Shown here piece after piece: positions 41,031 through 53,604 of a stretch of DNA of 64,000 bases; position 1 is the stretch's first letter; each line of letters begins with the position of its first letter. The notes under the pieces were generated by a model. The model searched no databases and was not told where the DNA came from. It was given only the letters and a program-made list of their open reading frames with translations. Made by a program: the position numbers and the translations under genes. The stretch is from Lingula anatina (taxonomy: Eukaryota > Animalia > Brachiopoda), in the NCBI GenBank assembly GCA_051362555.1, contig CM120643.1, positions 27,346,848-27,410,847 on the forward strand, in the 5' to 3' direction.

Positions 41031-44000
41031 ATGAATTTAGAACTTTTAGGTGAGTCTATGTTGTGCACAACGACGACCAATTCTTTCAGGGTGTTGTAAA
41101 CGTCTTGATTTCATATTGCGGAATGACTGTTTACAAACTACACAGTAATCATGTGTTGAGTATATTATTGCAATTTATGAAATGTCACAGAATTGATGTA
41201 TTATTTAAAAATATATATCACATGGGTCTGTAGTGACGCAAATGCCACTATATGTGAGACTGTGAAACTTAATATATTTCATAAATAACATGCCTTGTGT
41301 TATTGTATTGTGTGCGATCATTTCACAATAAGTGTAGTTTTTATTTTGGGGAAAATAACCTGACTATGCTAGAGCTCCAACTTCTGACACATGCTTACTG
41401 TTAGAATGCTGTACCACTGAGCTGTTGAGCTCAAGTCAACCCCCGCCAGTCACCTAAGTACCTCCATGTTAAAATTACTGGATCTCCCTCTGCTGCAGTA
41501 CCAGAGGAAGGAACTGCGGCTAACTTAATTTTCTTTTCAAGGTGGTTGAGGGGTTGGATCCAGGGATACCTCCTGACACTTACTTAGTACCAGCTTCCAA
41601 CAAACTTCTTGTAAGGGTCAAATCATTCATTGGCTTTTACAGTACCAACAAAAGTCTCTGTTACATTTTACAACACCGCAACACACCAGTTAGAAAAAAC
41701 TTTCTTTGTTAGAACAGTCTCTGAATGGAATGAACTGAGTGACCAACAAGTTCATGCAGAAATTGTGGAAGGCTTTAGATCAGGCCTACACTGTGATTAA
41801 GTTTTCTTAAGCTCTCTCTTCCCATCTATCATATATCAGCAGTGGTTCTTTAGACATATACTGATAGATACGGATACATTGATAGTTGCAATATTTTTAA
41901 GAACAGATTATTCTAAAGAATTGTGTTAAAATTTGTAGGTCTCTGTTAATAATGTTGCAATTCTAATTTCTATATTGCTGTTATAATAAAATTTATTTTA
42001 CTTTCTTTTATAATTTTTTCAGAATCCTTTGGGCAAAACTTTCCAGAGGTAAGCCTCAGAGGAAAAATGTACTTTACAAAATATCTTTTTAATCTTTAAA
42101 GTTTGCTTTTCACAAAGTGCTCTGTGTGTAAACTGCTTTATATATTCATTAAATCATGTATCAGTACATGTATTTTTAGTAAATTTCATTTATAAATTTT
42201 CAGTATCTGTGTGATACCATGCTGATGATATGTGTAATTCTTATATGGAATCAAGATATTATATTATGAGCACTACAGAATTGCACCCTGAGCTTCAGAG
42301 CTAACTTGACACTAACCTCTTCACTGTAGCCTATCTTCATCGTGTCAAGTAACCTCTGACGAAAATAGTTTGACCTAGTTTATATAAGCCAATCAAATCC
42401 ATGTTTCAAAATTTTTCACCAAAGTTTGGTGAAAACGCTGATTGGTTGACCGTCAATCGGCAATCCTCGGCTGATTCCGCAAGCTCCATACTAACAACAA
42501 AGTTATTGAGTGCGGAGACATCCGAGTAGTTCCGAGTGTATTACCGTACACAAAGAAAGCAAGGCGAGTGACTACGAAAAAGAATGTGTTAAGTTATCTC
42601 TTGATTCTTTGCAAAATATGAGTAAATCGGAATTGAAACCATAGGGTCTAGCAGTTTGAGGCCCTGCATCATTATCTACTGAGAGACGATGTTATTTGCG
42701 TGCTGCCCACAGGTTACGGCAAGACCCTGATATTCAGCCTTATCTTTGATTGGTCCGGATTTGAACAAAGCGCGCTTTGACTCGTTCGCGTTCATTGGCT
42801 AGATCGTTTAATGAGTCATTGAGTGCGGGCTTTTAAATTTGATTGGCGGGCGGCGGAGGCAATCGAATCTGGTCAGAGGTTACTTGACACGATGAAGATA
42901 GGCTACAGTGAATAGGTTAGTGTCAACTAGCTCTGAAGCTCAGGGTGCAGAATTGCCAACTTAATTGCTTGTTCATGTAACAAGAAGCAAAACATGTTGT
43001 AGTTCTCCACCTGATATTTATACAATGCAGCATATAAGGCACATTAGACTATATGTCACTTTTAATCGAAAGAATTTACAACAATGTATGAACATCTTGC
43101 TCTTTCATTGTACTTTGGTTGTGTATGAGATTGTTTAAGTATTGCAGTTGTTTCCTCATTTAACAAATCTATAAGTGTTTAAATGTGTTTTTTTCCATCT
43201 GTTTTAGGACTTTGACGGTGCACTAGATTGTATAAGTATTGCAATAACTTGTTCATTCAACAAACGTGGCACTCTGCTGGCAGTTGGCTGTAATGATGGA
43301 AGAATTGTTATTTGGGATTTTCTCACCAGGGGGATAGCCAAAGTGATCACTGCTCACGTCCATCCTGTCTGTTCTCTCAGGTACGTCCTGTGTGTGTGCA
43401 TGTGAGTGCGGGCACAGGCGTGGGTGTGCATGGGTGTATATGTGTGTATACATGTGAGTGTGCTTGTATATGTTTGAATATGTATGCATGCTTATGAGAC
43501 GTGCATGCATGTGTGTCCATGTGTGCATGTGTGTGTTTGGTTATATTATCTTGTGGAATTTTCAATTATTCAGGTGAAACAACAGTTCATTGGTGAAATA
43601 TTTTTGACTGGTTATAAAAATATAGTTGAAAAAATATAAATTATCTTCTGAGAAATAAAGAAAATATCCCTAATGAGAAATTTAAACTTTTTAGCAATTT
43701 TGTGTATACTTTGTTTGTGACCAGTATTCATTGAGAGTATAGTAATAAATATTTCCTCTGTTTCCTTTCCAGCTGGAACCGTAATGGTCATAAACTTCTA
43801 AGTGCTTCCACAGACAATAATGTATCAATATGGGATGTGACGACTGGGGAGTGCGAGAAGTCCTACAGGTTCCCCTCCCCAATTCTTAAAGTTCAGTTCC
43901 ATCCCAGAGACTGGTAAGAACCTCCTCCCCCTTTCTTACTTAGGCATGTGTGTGCATGTGCACGCGCGCACACACAAACACACACACATTTTTAAGTTTC

Positions 44001-47000
44001 TGTTTCTGACTTGCTGCTTTTTCTGTAAGAAAATATTGTCATCTCCATGAATACTTTCAAGTGACTAGCAAAAGTATTGGTGAAAAGGCCACATTGTCTA
44101 CTTTAAGTTTTCACCTCCCTTTAGTCTTGTATTCTAATTAAATGATAATTTACCGGAGCAATATCACCATTATTTGCTCTCTTTATCCAAAATGGTCTGT
44201 GCAGTACAGATCTAGAGGAGGAAGATGCTACAGTTATGGTACAGGTGACTGCTGTGAAAATGAACTCATATAATTAACTAAATATTCAATTTTTTTGGTG
44301 AAATGTTGACCAGGATTCTTTATTTTCCAATTGCAGTAACCGATTTCTGGTTTGTCCTCTGAAACATGCAGTGGTTCTGGTCGACACAGAAAAGAAACAC
44401 AAAATTATTCCACTGGACGATGAGGTAGGTGACGTGAAGGGATTTGGTATTTGTAAAAAATAAAATATCAACAAAAAGTCAGTGTTGTGAAGATAAGTTT
44501 TACTTAGTAAATTTCTTTTAACCATTCACATGAGACACAATGTGTATAATCTTTTGAAATATTTCAATGAACTTAAGTCTGACAACATTACTGCTTGTTA
44601 TGACTACGCAGTATTGTCTGCATTGTAATTTAAGTCCAGTGATAGATTTGAAAATATCCAGATATTTAGCTGACACTTTCATTTTATTCTATAGTGTTAG
44701 TTCATTCATCTTGAAGATGAAAAAAAGTTAATGGTGAAATATGTGTTGTTTCTGGTGAATTTCAATCTTGTGGGCTTGGATTGAACAGATCCTGAAAATG
44801 AAAAGAAATTGTAGATTCATTTTGTGTGCATGTTGGAGCTCTTAAGGATAATATTTTCTTATATTTCCTTCCAGTCTGATTTGAACATTGTGGCCTCCTT
44901 TGACAGAAGAGGGGATCATGTTTATACAGGAAACGCCAAAGGAAGGGTAAGACACAGATTGTGGACATTTTATAATATTGATAAATGAGTTTTTAAAAAT
45001 AATATTTAAAATGTGAAAAGCGGTACCAAATCTGTCCTTGTAGGAAATATTCGATTATCAAAGAGTAAATATATGAAAGATCTCCTTGGCATCTTTTCTG
45101 CCAGCTTGTCATTAAGTTCTTTGGGTGAAATTACTTCTGTTTGATTTGATGTGGCACATGTCTATATTTCAGCTGGTGGTGCATCCTTAAGAGACAGTAA
45201 CGCCCCTCTGATCCTTTACTTGAGTATATTCCCTGTGTACATTTCAGGTTTTGGTATTCAACGCCAGTACGTTAGAGATTGACGCCTCCTTCAGAGTAAC
45301 CACGGGAACAAGTAATACCACGGCTATCAAGTCTATAGAGTTTGCCAGGAGAGGAAAGTAAGTGTGTGGTAGCTTTGCGACTTTGTGTTGTCAGGGATTT
45401 GCATGGCTCATCCACCTAAAGATGTTGCATTTTCACAGAAAAAACTTCAAAGACTGAAAGTCAGTTTTTATTTTTAGACAGAAATTTTGGTTTATTGCAG
45501 GATAAAGAGATATGCTGTGGCCAGTCTCAAAAAAAAAACAAAAAAAAAAAACTTAAGACCAAAATTTTTTGATCAGCACGGATTGTAACTTTTATAGTAC
45601 ATACTTATTTCCAGTTGTTTTCTGGTGAACTCAGCAGACAGAGTCATACGTGTTTACGAGAGTGGAGAGGTGCTAGCATGTGGTAAAGAGGGAGAGCCAG
45701 AGCCCATACAGAAGTTACAAGACTTAGTGAACAGGTAAAAACAATGATTAAACCCCTTCTCATATAATGAAAAAAGATATTATTAACTCTTTCAGGTAAA
45801 TTATTAATTAATTAATTTATTTATTTATTTATATTTTTTTTAAAGAATTGGACAAATTTCTGGAAGAAAATTGAAGAGAGAAGACAAAGAAAAAGATATT
45901 GCTGAACAAAATTCTTTAATTTGTAGTCCAGGCATATGTCATGACAGGAAAGAAAAAAAGCAATATTGGACAGAATCTTGTAAAGTTCTGCTGTATTTCA
46001 GAACACTGTGGAAGAAGTGTTGTTTCTCTGGGGATGGGGAGTACATAGTGGCCGGGTCCGCCAGACAACACTCTCTGTACATCTGGGAGAAAAGTATGGG
46101 AAACCTGGTGAAAATCTTACATGGAACTAAGGGGGAAATGTTACTGGATGTCGTTGTAAGTCTGTGTTAAAAGAAAAGAAAGAAAAATAAGGTGACACAT
46201 TTTGAGGAATCTTGAGAGATGGCACCTTTGGTGCTATTTAAGTATTTAAATGGTTGTGTCTGTTCTTTTTGCCTAAAAAATAAAGATTTCTAAACAGTGT
46301 CTAAAGAATTTTCCATTATTTCCCTTGGAGATAAACCACTTTGTCAGCTAATAGAATCTAGGGTTGCTGCACAGGGATGAAATATTTTCAAATCATGTGG
46401 AGGAGAAAATGTTCATAGTTCTATTATTATTATTATTTTATTTCCAGTGGCACCCAGTGAGGCCCATTATAGCCTCTATATCCAGTGGAGTGGTTTCCAT
46501 ATGGGCTCAAAATCAAGTGGTCAGTTACTGATTCACATTATTTCAGTGTTCTTCTAAATATCAAAATTATTGTTATAGATTTATGTTGAAGAAAAGCATT
46601 AATTTTTTAAATAACTAAAAATTTGTAATGAATAAATGTAAACAAAAGCTTGTGTAGCTATTTGTCATACATGCAAAGAAATAAAAGTTGTAATCTGTAA
46701 TTACTACTCAAAATTATTTTTATTTTAAAGATTTCTTCATGAGAGTTGCAAAGGGAAAACAAATAAAAATTGAATAACATTTGCAACAGTAATTGCATAC
46801 AACAACCTCTATAAAGTCAACATCAAGAAAGATCAAACTCTATTTACAATTATTCTTTCAGGAAAACTGGAGCGCTTTTGCTCCTGACTTCAAGGAGCTG
46901 GATGAGAATGTGGAATATGAGGAAAGAGAATCTGAGTTTGACCTGGAGGATGAAGATAAAGAGGTCCAGGAAACAAAAGGTGAGAGATAGCTACTGGGGG

Positions 47001-49010
47001 GTGTAGTATAGGCTGCAACAGGTGCCCTGAGGACACAAATTACAAGAACAATTAATTTGGGAAGAGAAAAATTTGTAAATTGTTCAGTGACTGTTGGAAA
47101 TTTATATCATTATAGCATCTAAAATATTTGTCCATATTAATTAAAGTCATTGTTTTCTATTTTGAGACAAGATATTGTTGATGTAGGTGCTGATGAAGAA
47201 GACACAGAACTTATTATTATAATAACAGCATGTTGTCATTGTTGATGTAGGTGCTGATGAGGAAGACACAGAGGTAGATGTGACGTCTATAGAACCCATT
47301 GCAGCATTTATCAGCAGGTAAACACAATATTTTTATCTCATAATTTCCTTATGATTTAAGTGAAGTGTATTTGAAAACAGGAGCGCAATTTTAGCTCATT
47401 GCTGTATAGAATGTGAAAAAGTTCAAATTAGTTTTCTAGTGACATATTGAAATCACAGTCAGTCTAAAAAACTTGCTATCTGAAATGTATCAGACAGAAA
47501 ACTTGAGACCCATTTTCCAACTTCTGAAGTCAGTCCAAAATAAGTCTGGTGGTACAAACTCAGGAAGTGACCATGCCCCTCTGATCCTGTTGTTTTCCAT
47601 CATAATTTATTTGTTATCTTCCTCCAGTGATGAAGAAGGAGAGGACGAGGAAGCCTTGTTATACTTGCCGACGGCCCCGGAAGTTGAAGAACCGGAAGAG
47701 GGCTGGGGGGTGCCGCCCCAGGAACAGCTGGTATATAGGATGGTTTTTTTTTTTTTTTTTTTTTTTGACAGATATCTTGATAATTTCAGCTAATCAATAC
47801 TGTGAATATAATGTTTGATATATTTGGCAAAATACTATTAACAATCTTTGGTATTAGGAGAAATTTTGGACAAAATAAGTGTTAAATTTGCAGAAATCAT
47901 CATGTTGATTTTTTTCTGTCAGTTTAAAAAAAACATTTCAATAGAATTGATGATGAAAAGTGTAAAAAGCAAGTAAACAAAGCAAACAGTCAACCGCAGC
48001 TGTCAGAACTTAAATAAGTTGATAATAAATACTAGTCTCAAGTTTCTGTATACGTAAGTCAGTATAGTTATTGGAGCCTTGCATATGTAGTCTTAAAACT
48101 GGTTTATACCATGAGCAGTGCTTGGAATGCTAGGACAGTTGCACATGTATTTCACTTATAAGAGGATGAAAAAGAGAATGGAATGCCTTGAAGTGTATTG
48201 AAATACAGGCAATTGTACACCTTTGCAATAGAAATACGGGTGTTATTGCCGTCATTTGATTTGCCAAAGGTGAGATAAAATGAGTAAATTTACATTTTTC
48301 TCTCTTTGAGGTGAAGGAACACAATATGTTAGATGCATTACTGCAGCAAATCACATTCCCACACATTCATATTGGGCTGGAAATGTTAACCTCAATTCTA
48401 AGTCGGTTTTACTTCTTTTATTTTCCCCGAGTAGACGACTGAAGAACCTCAGACGAAAAGTGAGAGGAAGAGAACAGCTCAGCAGTCACCAGATTCACAG
48501 CCAGTCACCAAGAAGAAAAAGCTGAAACCTGTGGACGTAGATCTGCCAAATGCCCCGGCTGATGGTAGGTACTGCTCATGTTGTGTACTTGGATTAAGGA
48601 GAGAGAGGAAGAAGGGGAGAGGGGATTGGGAGTGAGGAGAGGGTAGGGGTTGGTGGGAAGAAACAGAGAAGAGAGAGAGAACGTATTATTTATGTTGCTG
48701 AGATTAAGGGAGGAGAAAGAGAGAGAGAGAGTTGGAAGGGGGTTGGATAGGGGTCGGGAGGAGAGAGATGGAGTTTGGAGGGAATTGAGGATGGGGGGGT
48801 AGTAAAAGTAATAAAATTTAGGATTTATGGTCATTTTAGATTATGTTGTCAATCCTGTTAAAATGGAATGATGCATGTTCATCTGTTCATGTTCCAGAAA
48901 TCCACCCACTTCTCAATGTTAAGAAGCCTCAGGAGAAGAGTTCATCACGGAAGTCGCGGCCTGGCAAAGGTCAACAGAAGGCCAAGGCCAAGGTGCCGGC
49001 AGGTGTGTGA
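41031..49010 (+). CDS. RBBP5: Retinoblastoma-binding protein 5 (COMPASS/MLL WD40 subunit), 15 coding exons
   Basis: Exons 41031-41049, 42023-42048, 43208-43380, 43773-43913, 44337-44424, 44875-44946, 45248-45357, 45615-45734, 46002-46155, 46448-46519, 46862-46979, 47251-47317, 47628-47730, 48435-48564, 48898-49010. Peptides [93 protein letters not shown] and EIHPLL are RBBP5 hallmarks. Confidence 0.97.
41362..41432 (-). mobile_element. Degenerate tRNA-derived SINE head
   Basis: Minus strand AGCTCAGTGGT (A-box-like) and AGTTGGAGCTC (decayed B-box) at tRNA-like spacing; no intact cloverleaf. Confidence 0.35.
41555..41885 (+). mobile_element. 3' end remnant of a CR1/L2-type LINE
   Basis: [28 protein letters not shown] resembles the LINE ORF2 C-terminus; short GATA/GATAC tandem tail at ~41864-41885. 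Confidence 0.6.
42284..42947. mobile_element. MITE with ~77-bp TIRs and 8-bp TSD (hAT- or P-like) in RBBP5 intron 2
   Basis: TIR CACCCTGAGCTTCAGAGCTA..GTAACCTCTGAC with about 2 mismatches; CAGAATTG at 42276-42283 and 42948-42955. Confidence 0.9.
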
Positions 49011-49402
49011 TGTCACACGGCAGGGCATGGTAGGCACGCTTTGGCTTCTAGACTCCTTCTCAATCCCTGTCTCTTTCTGAAAGCTGAGTGCAAGATGAAA
49101 GCTTGAAATGTTTGGGTTCAAATGGTGGTTTGTAAACTTTTGGTTATAAAAGTGGAGAGCAGAGGCCGGTTTGACACAAGTGCTTAACCCACCATTAAGC
49201 AGCAAGGGTTTAGCTCTTAAGAATGTCTTCTTAGATAGCAGATTTGCATACAGACGTGACTCAGAAAGCATGTTCAGTTTGTACCTTTGTGCAACATATT
49301 AGTTCTACATATCTTTACAGAAGGCAACTAGGAAAATTATCTGTGGATAACTTCTGTCTCCTTCTATACATTGCCACATTGTTTCCTCATTTGTCATTAT
49401 CT

Positions 49403-49459
<57 letters not shown>

Positions 49460-52306
49460 GCTTCGTTTGGTATGCCTGTCTCTGGTTGCCTGAGCCAATT
49501 TCTTGTTGAAATAAAAAAAAAAGAAAAACTCAACATTGCTTTCAAGCTTTTAGATAATGCACCAGAATGACCTCATTTTTTAATATTCTTCTGCATTTTG
49601 TGGTGCTTTGTATTATTTATGTGTATTATAGCCTATTTGTAATGTTTACTTTTCCTAAATGGCTTTATTATACCCACTTAGAATACTGCATTAACTTCAC
49701 AGTGAAGTTTTTGCCTGCCTTTGAAGCTGTCATAATTTTAATATTTCTGTTTTTGAACATTTGGTTGACATTAATTGATGTATGTTTTTAAACAGAGAGA
49801 AAATAATGTAAATTATTCATTCAATATGTACAACAGTAACTTTGTTTTTTGTCTCGTTTTGCAATGTATCGTATATTGTTGTGTATTGTATTTTTTTTTT
49901 AATTAAAAAGGGTGATATATATAGGCCATTAATAATAATAATGATAATAATTATGTCAAAAGAAACTGCTTTTATCTTTTCAGATGTTGCTTACAGACCC
50001 TGAAGACCAGTATTGTTTACTGCAATGCCTGCATAGCTGGATATCAAATAACAGATACAGTCTCTTCTCTGTCCATATTCCTTTGCACAGCCAGTGATAT
50101 GGACCTTGTAGGGGAAAATTGTCTTTAAAAAAGAAATCAAACTCATGGGGAAAATGTCTGTTTGCTTAACTAATTCTTCAAATCTGTCATGGAAGCCTAT
50201 TCACAAAAGATGATGGAGTATAATTTTTGCAGTTTTATTGAAAGAAATGCAACTCATACTGTTTTACGTATTGTGCATAGGAAATTGTTCTATACAGGTT
50301 ATTTTTGTCGCCAGAAACCTAGAAAAGAAACACCATGTTGGGTGGCATGGTAACCACATAGTCTTCAAGTGGTGAAGTAATGGGGAATGTTCCTAGTCTT
50401 TTTGCGTATTGTTTGTGAGATATCAGTGACCATTTAAAGTCTTTGTGATGAGGACTCAACATTTTCTCTGATGTAATTATTGTTAGTCCAGTAAGGGAGT
50501 TAAAACAGTTCTTATGCATACATGTGGTTGAATTTTTTTGTTTCTGGGGAGTTTTTTCTTGTCAGTGGCAAGTTGACTGCATGACTTTCATGGGCTCTTA
50601 GTCTTAGGTGTTTTCTACTTCCAACTTGGGTTGTATGTAGAATACTATAGAAATGCACAGAAGGAAAGAAAATTGTCACACTTTTTAACTAAATTAGGGT
50701 TAATATTAATTGATACAGGTTGTACATAATGTACATAAATTCATGTCAGTGGCCTTTTTATACAGATTTCTGTGGTAAAAATGTACTTGTGAAAATATTT
50801 TAAAAAGTGTACACTTTAGGTTGATGCAACTTAGGGTTAGCAATTGTGTAGAAAATTGTATAGTCTTGTCTAAACTACTAAATGTGTAGTCCTTGTTTCT
50901 AACCTTGAAATCTAGACAGTTTGTACATATGTATAAAGGTATACCACATACACTTTGTAAATAGACCTGCTGATAATGTCAGTAATAAAAAAGCAAGTAG
51001 AAGCAAATGTTTTGTTTTTTAATACAAAGACATGCACAGTAAGTATCTTGATCAGTGAGCCAGTGGTGCACAGCATTTTGTTTTTAATCCTCCAGCTCCT
51101 ATTGAAATTAATTCAACATTATTTTATCTATGCTTTTTATTTTGACAAAGACATTCACTGCCACACAAATCCGTCAACCTATTGTAATATTGAACACATT
51201 AGAAGCATATCTAAGCTTTATCAGGCAAGAAGGCAATCATTCAAGTAACAATTTTAAATGGGGGGGGGGGGGGGGGGGGAGTCCTGTGATGTCAAGCTAA
51301 AAGTGATGTACTGTTGATATCGCAATTCTTTATCTGAATTTAACTTAATGCCCAACTCGTATACAATTCAAAATATCTGGTTCCAAAAGTTTAAGTCCTT
51401 GAATCAGCATTTCCTTGTCTTAAATTGTGTTGGAAGCAAAAAAACACAAAGAAAAGAGGAACTGCAACTTTAAACAAATTTCAGTGCAAAACTACTTTAT
51501 TTTTCCATTAAAACAATTGAATTCCAAAACAGTACAAAGACTGCAGTGAATGGGAATTCATCAATAAAATAAAACAATAATTTACCAATTGACCATCACT
51601 GATTCTTAAAAATACTATAAATAAAAGCTTAAAATTAAATTTACATATTAAAAATGTACTTTCAATATAAACTCTAGATCAAGGCAAATTCCAATTTGAA
51701 GACTTCTTCCTGTAATCGTCTGTTCTCACATTGAAGCCAAAGTAAAATACACACTAAACACTACAGTCACTTCTAGTTGGTGCACAGACAAAGTGTAGGC
51801 CTTCTCTCCAGTTATTGTATAATTTTTTATAAGTCACAATACTACATGATTCAGTTTTTTTAAAAATTAAAATATAAAATCAGAAATGTTGAGGCAATTT
51901 TTTTTAAACAAAAGGAATGTTCAGCAATAACACGACAGAATTTGGATAAAACTGAGTTGAGATGTGCAAGAAAATTTCTGTAATTTCCCTGAAAAAAATA
52001 TCTACACTAACAAGTGAGGCTGAGCCTTTCTGCTGATTGTCTAGAAATTAGTTCTGGTAATTCATCTGAGACATTCAAACTTGTCTTTTTCCCTGTCATT
52101 TCCTGACAAACCCAATTTCATGTAGTAGTTTTAAGCAAGTGTTAAAGTTGTGAGTAACATCCTCACTTCCTCAGTATAAAAACCTTGATGCAAGCACTAG
52201 TAGAAAAGCCTACAGTTTAAAATCCTCCCATATCATGTGACACGCTTGTGTTTCAGTCTATAAAGTACTAGTATTTGGTAACGTCCTATCAGATTTGATT
52301 CTTCCT

Positions 52307-53291
52307 TCACTTTTCACCATCCTCCATTCCTGCCTGTGTCATCAGATCTGCAATGTTTTTCTCTAAGTCATCAATGCGATGGCCCATGTCATCTAGTGCA
52401 CTCAGTTAAGAAATCATTATCAATAATTTCAAAATGCGACTCTGTGCCAAGCTCTTAGACTATTGGAGATAATCAACCTTAATATGAAAATATCATTAAA
52501 TATGCATGAAGGGAACAACTCCTCAGTAATTAAAGGAAATTATTTCCTTATTAAATTGCCTTAATTCCAAAACACAATACCATGAATGATACATAAGAAC
52601 TGACATTAAATTGCTTTTTTTTTGTAACATATAATTATCAGTAGCAGTTTTTGACACAAAACAAATAAATCCAGCAGGCAATACAACAACCAAAATTAAT
52701 CTATTGGTCTTCAGAACTAAAAATTTAATCTCAGGGATGGTTTCTTCATTTCACCCCAAAATTTAAGGAATCAAAGAAGTACATTTGTTGTGTTAAAGGA
52801 TATTCCTTGTGATGATTTGATCTGACATGTTCTGGAATTTGTCTTGCATCTGCTGGAGGACATTTTGTACCTAAAAGTAAAAAATGTACAAAATATTGTT
52901 TGAAAATGTTTCATTACACTTGCAGTTTCACAAATTCTGATTTGGCCAAAACAAAACATAGTAAGTGAGGACAGTGCTTTAAAATAATGAATAATGTTCA
53001 AAATCATACAAAACCTAACGAATGCACACTTTGTAACTGAACTTTTATTGATTATTGACGTCGCCCCATTAGGCTTTAGACTAATGTCATTGTCACCAAC
53101 TTTATAATTGTCGCCAAGAAATGACATCGCACTCTTCGCTTTTATAAGGTAACAGTCACTCCAAATTTGAGCCCAATAAATTCTTCTTGGAAAAAACTTT
53201 TCATGTGGATACTTACAAATGTTGTAAGATCCTGTATGCTCTTAGGATCAGCGCTGTTTGAGATGTAGTCTGATTTCACCACGTCCGCCAT
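52307..53291 (-). CDS. HSBP1: Heat shock factor-binding protein 1, 3 coding exons (intron 2 is U12 AT-AC)
   Basis: Exons 53291-53217, 52870-52804, 52395-52307 give [76 protein letters not shown], the conserved HSBP1 coiled coil. Confidence 0.95.
52396..52803 (-). other. Minor-spliceosome (U12-type) AT-AC intron in HSBP1
   Basis: 5' splice site ATATCCTTT, branch point TTTCTTAAC close to the 3' end, terminal AC; splicing it restores IITR-I-DDMG in frame. Confidence 0.93.
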
Positions 53292-53604
53292 TCTTCGTTC
53301 GTTCTGTTGCAGTGACGCGCTGCAGGTGCGCATGACAGTTGACCTTGACATTTTAAAACAAACAATTTGGGTTTGTGTGGTTATCGGGAAAATACTGATA
53401 AAAGTTTGATAAAGGGTTTATTAACCATCGTTTTTCTTATCTCAAATTCAAAAATATGATTGTTCTCGTATTTATTCGCCATATCAGGAAATAGGTCATT
53501 TTAGCGGAAGTGATGACCTAGTTAGCGGCATATTTGTTTGTAAGCAAATTCTTGATGTGAGAACTGCTGTTTATGTGGGATCGAATAATAATTTAACCAA
53601 CGTA
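53292..53604. promoter_or_regulatory. Bidirectional promoter region shared by HSBP1 and FBXO15
   Basis: Divergent ATGs 313 bp apart; ETS-like GCGGAAGTG (~53503) and NRF1-like TGCGCATG (~53327). Confidence 0.6.

Noticed and set aside
43253-43565. His/Thr-rich minus-strand ORFs
   Set aside because: Translation of a degenerate (GT/CA)n microsatellite in RBBP5 intron 3.
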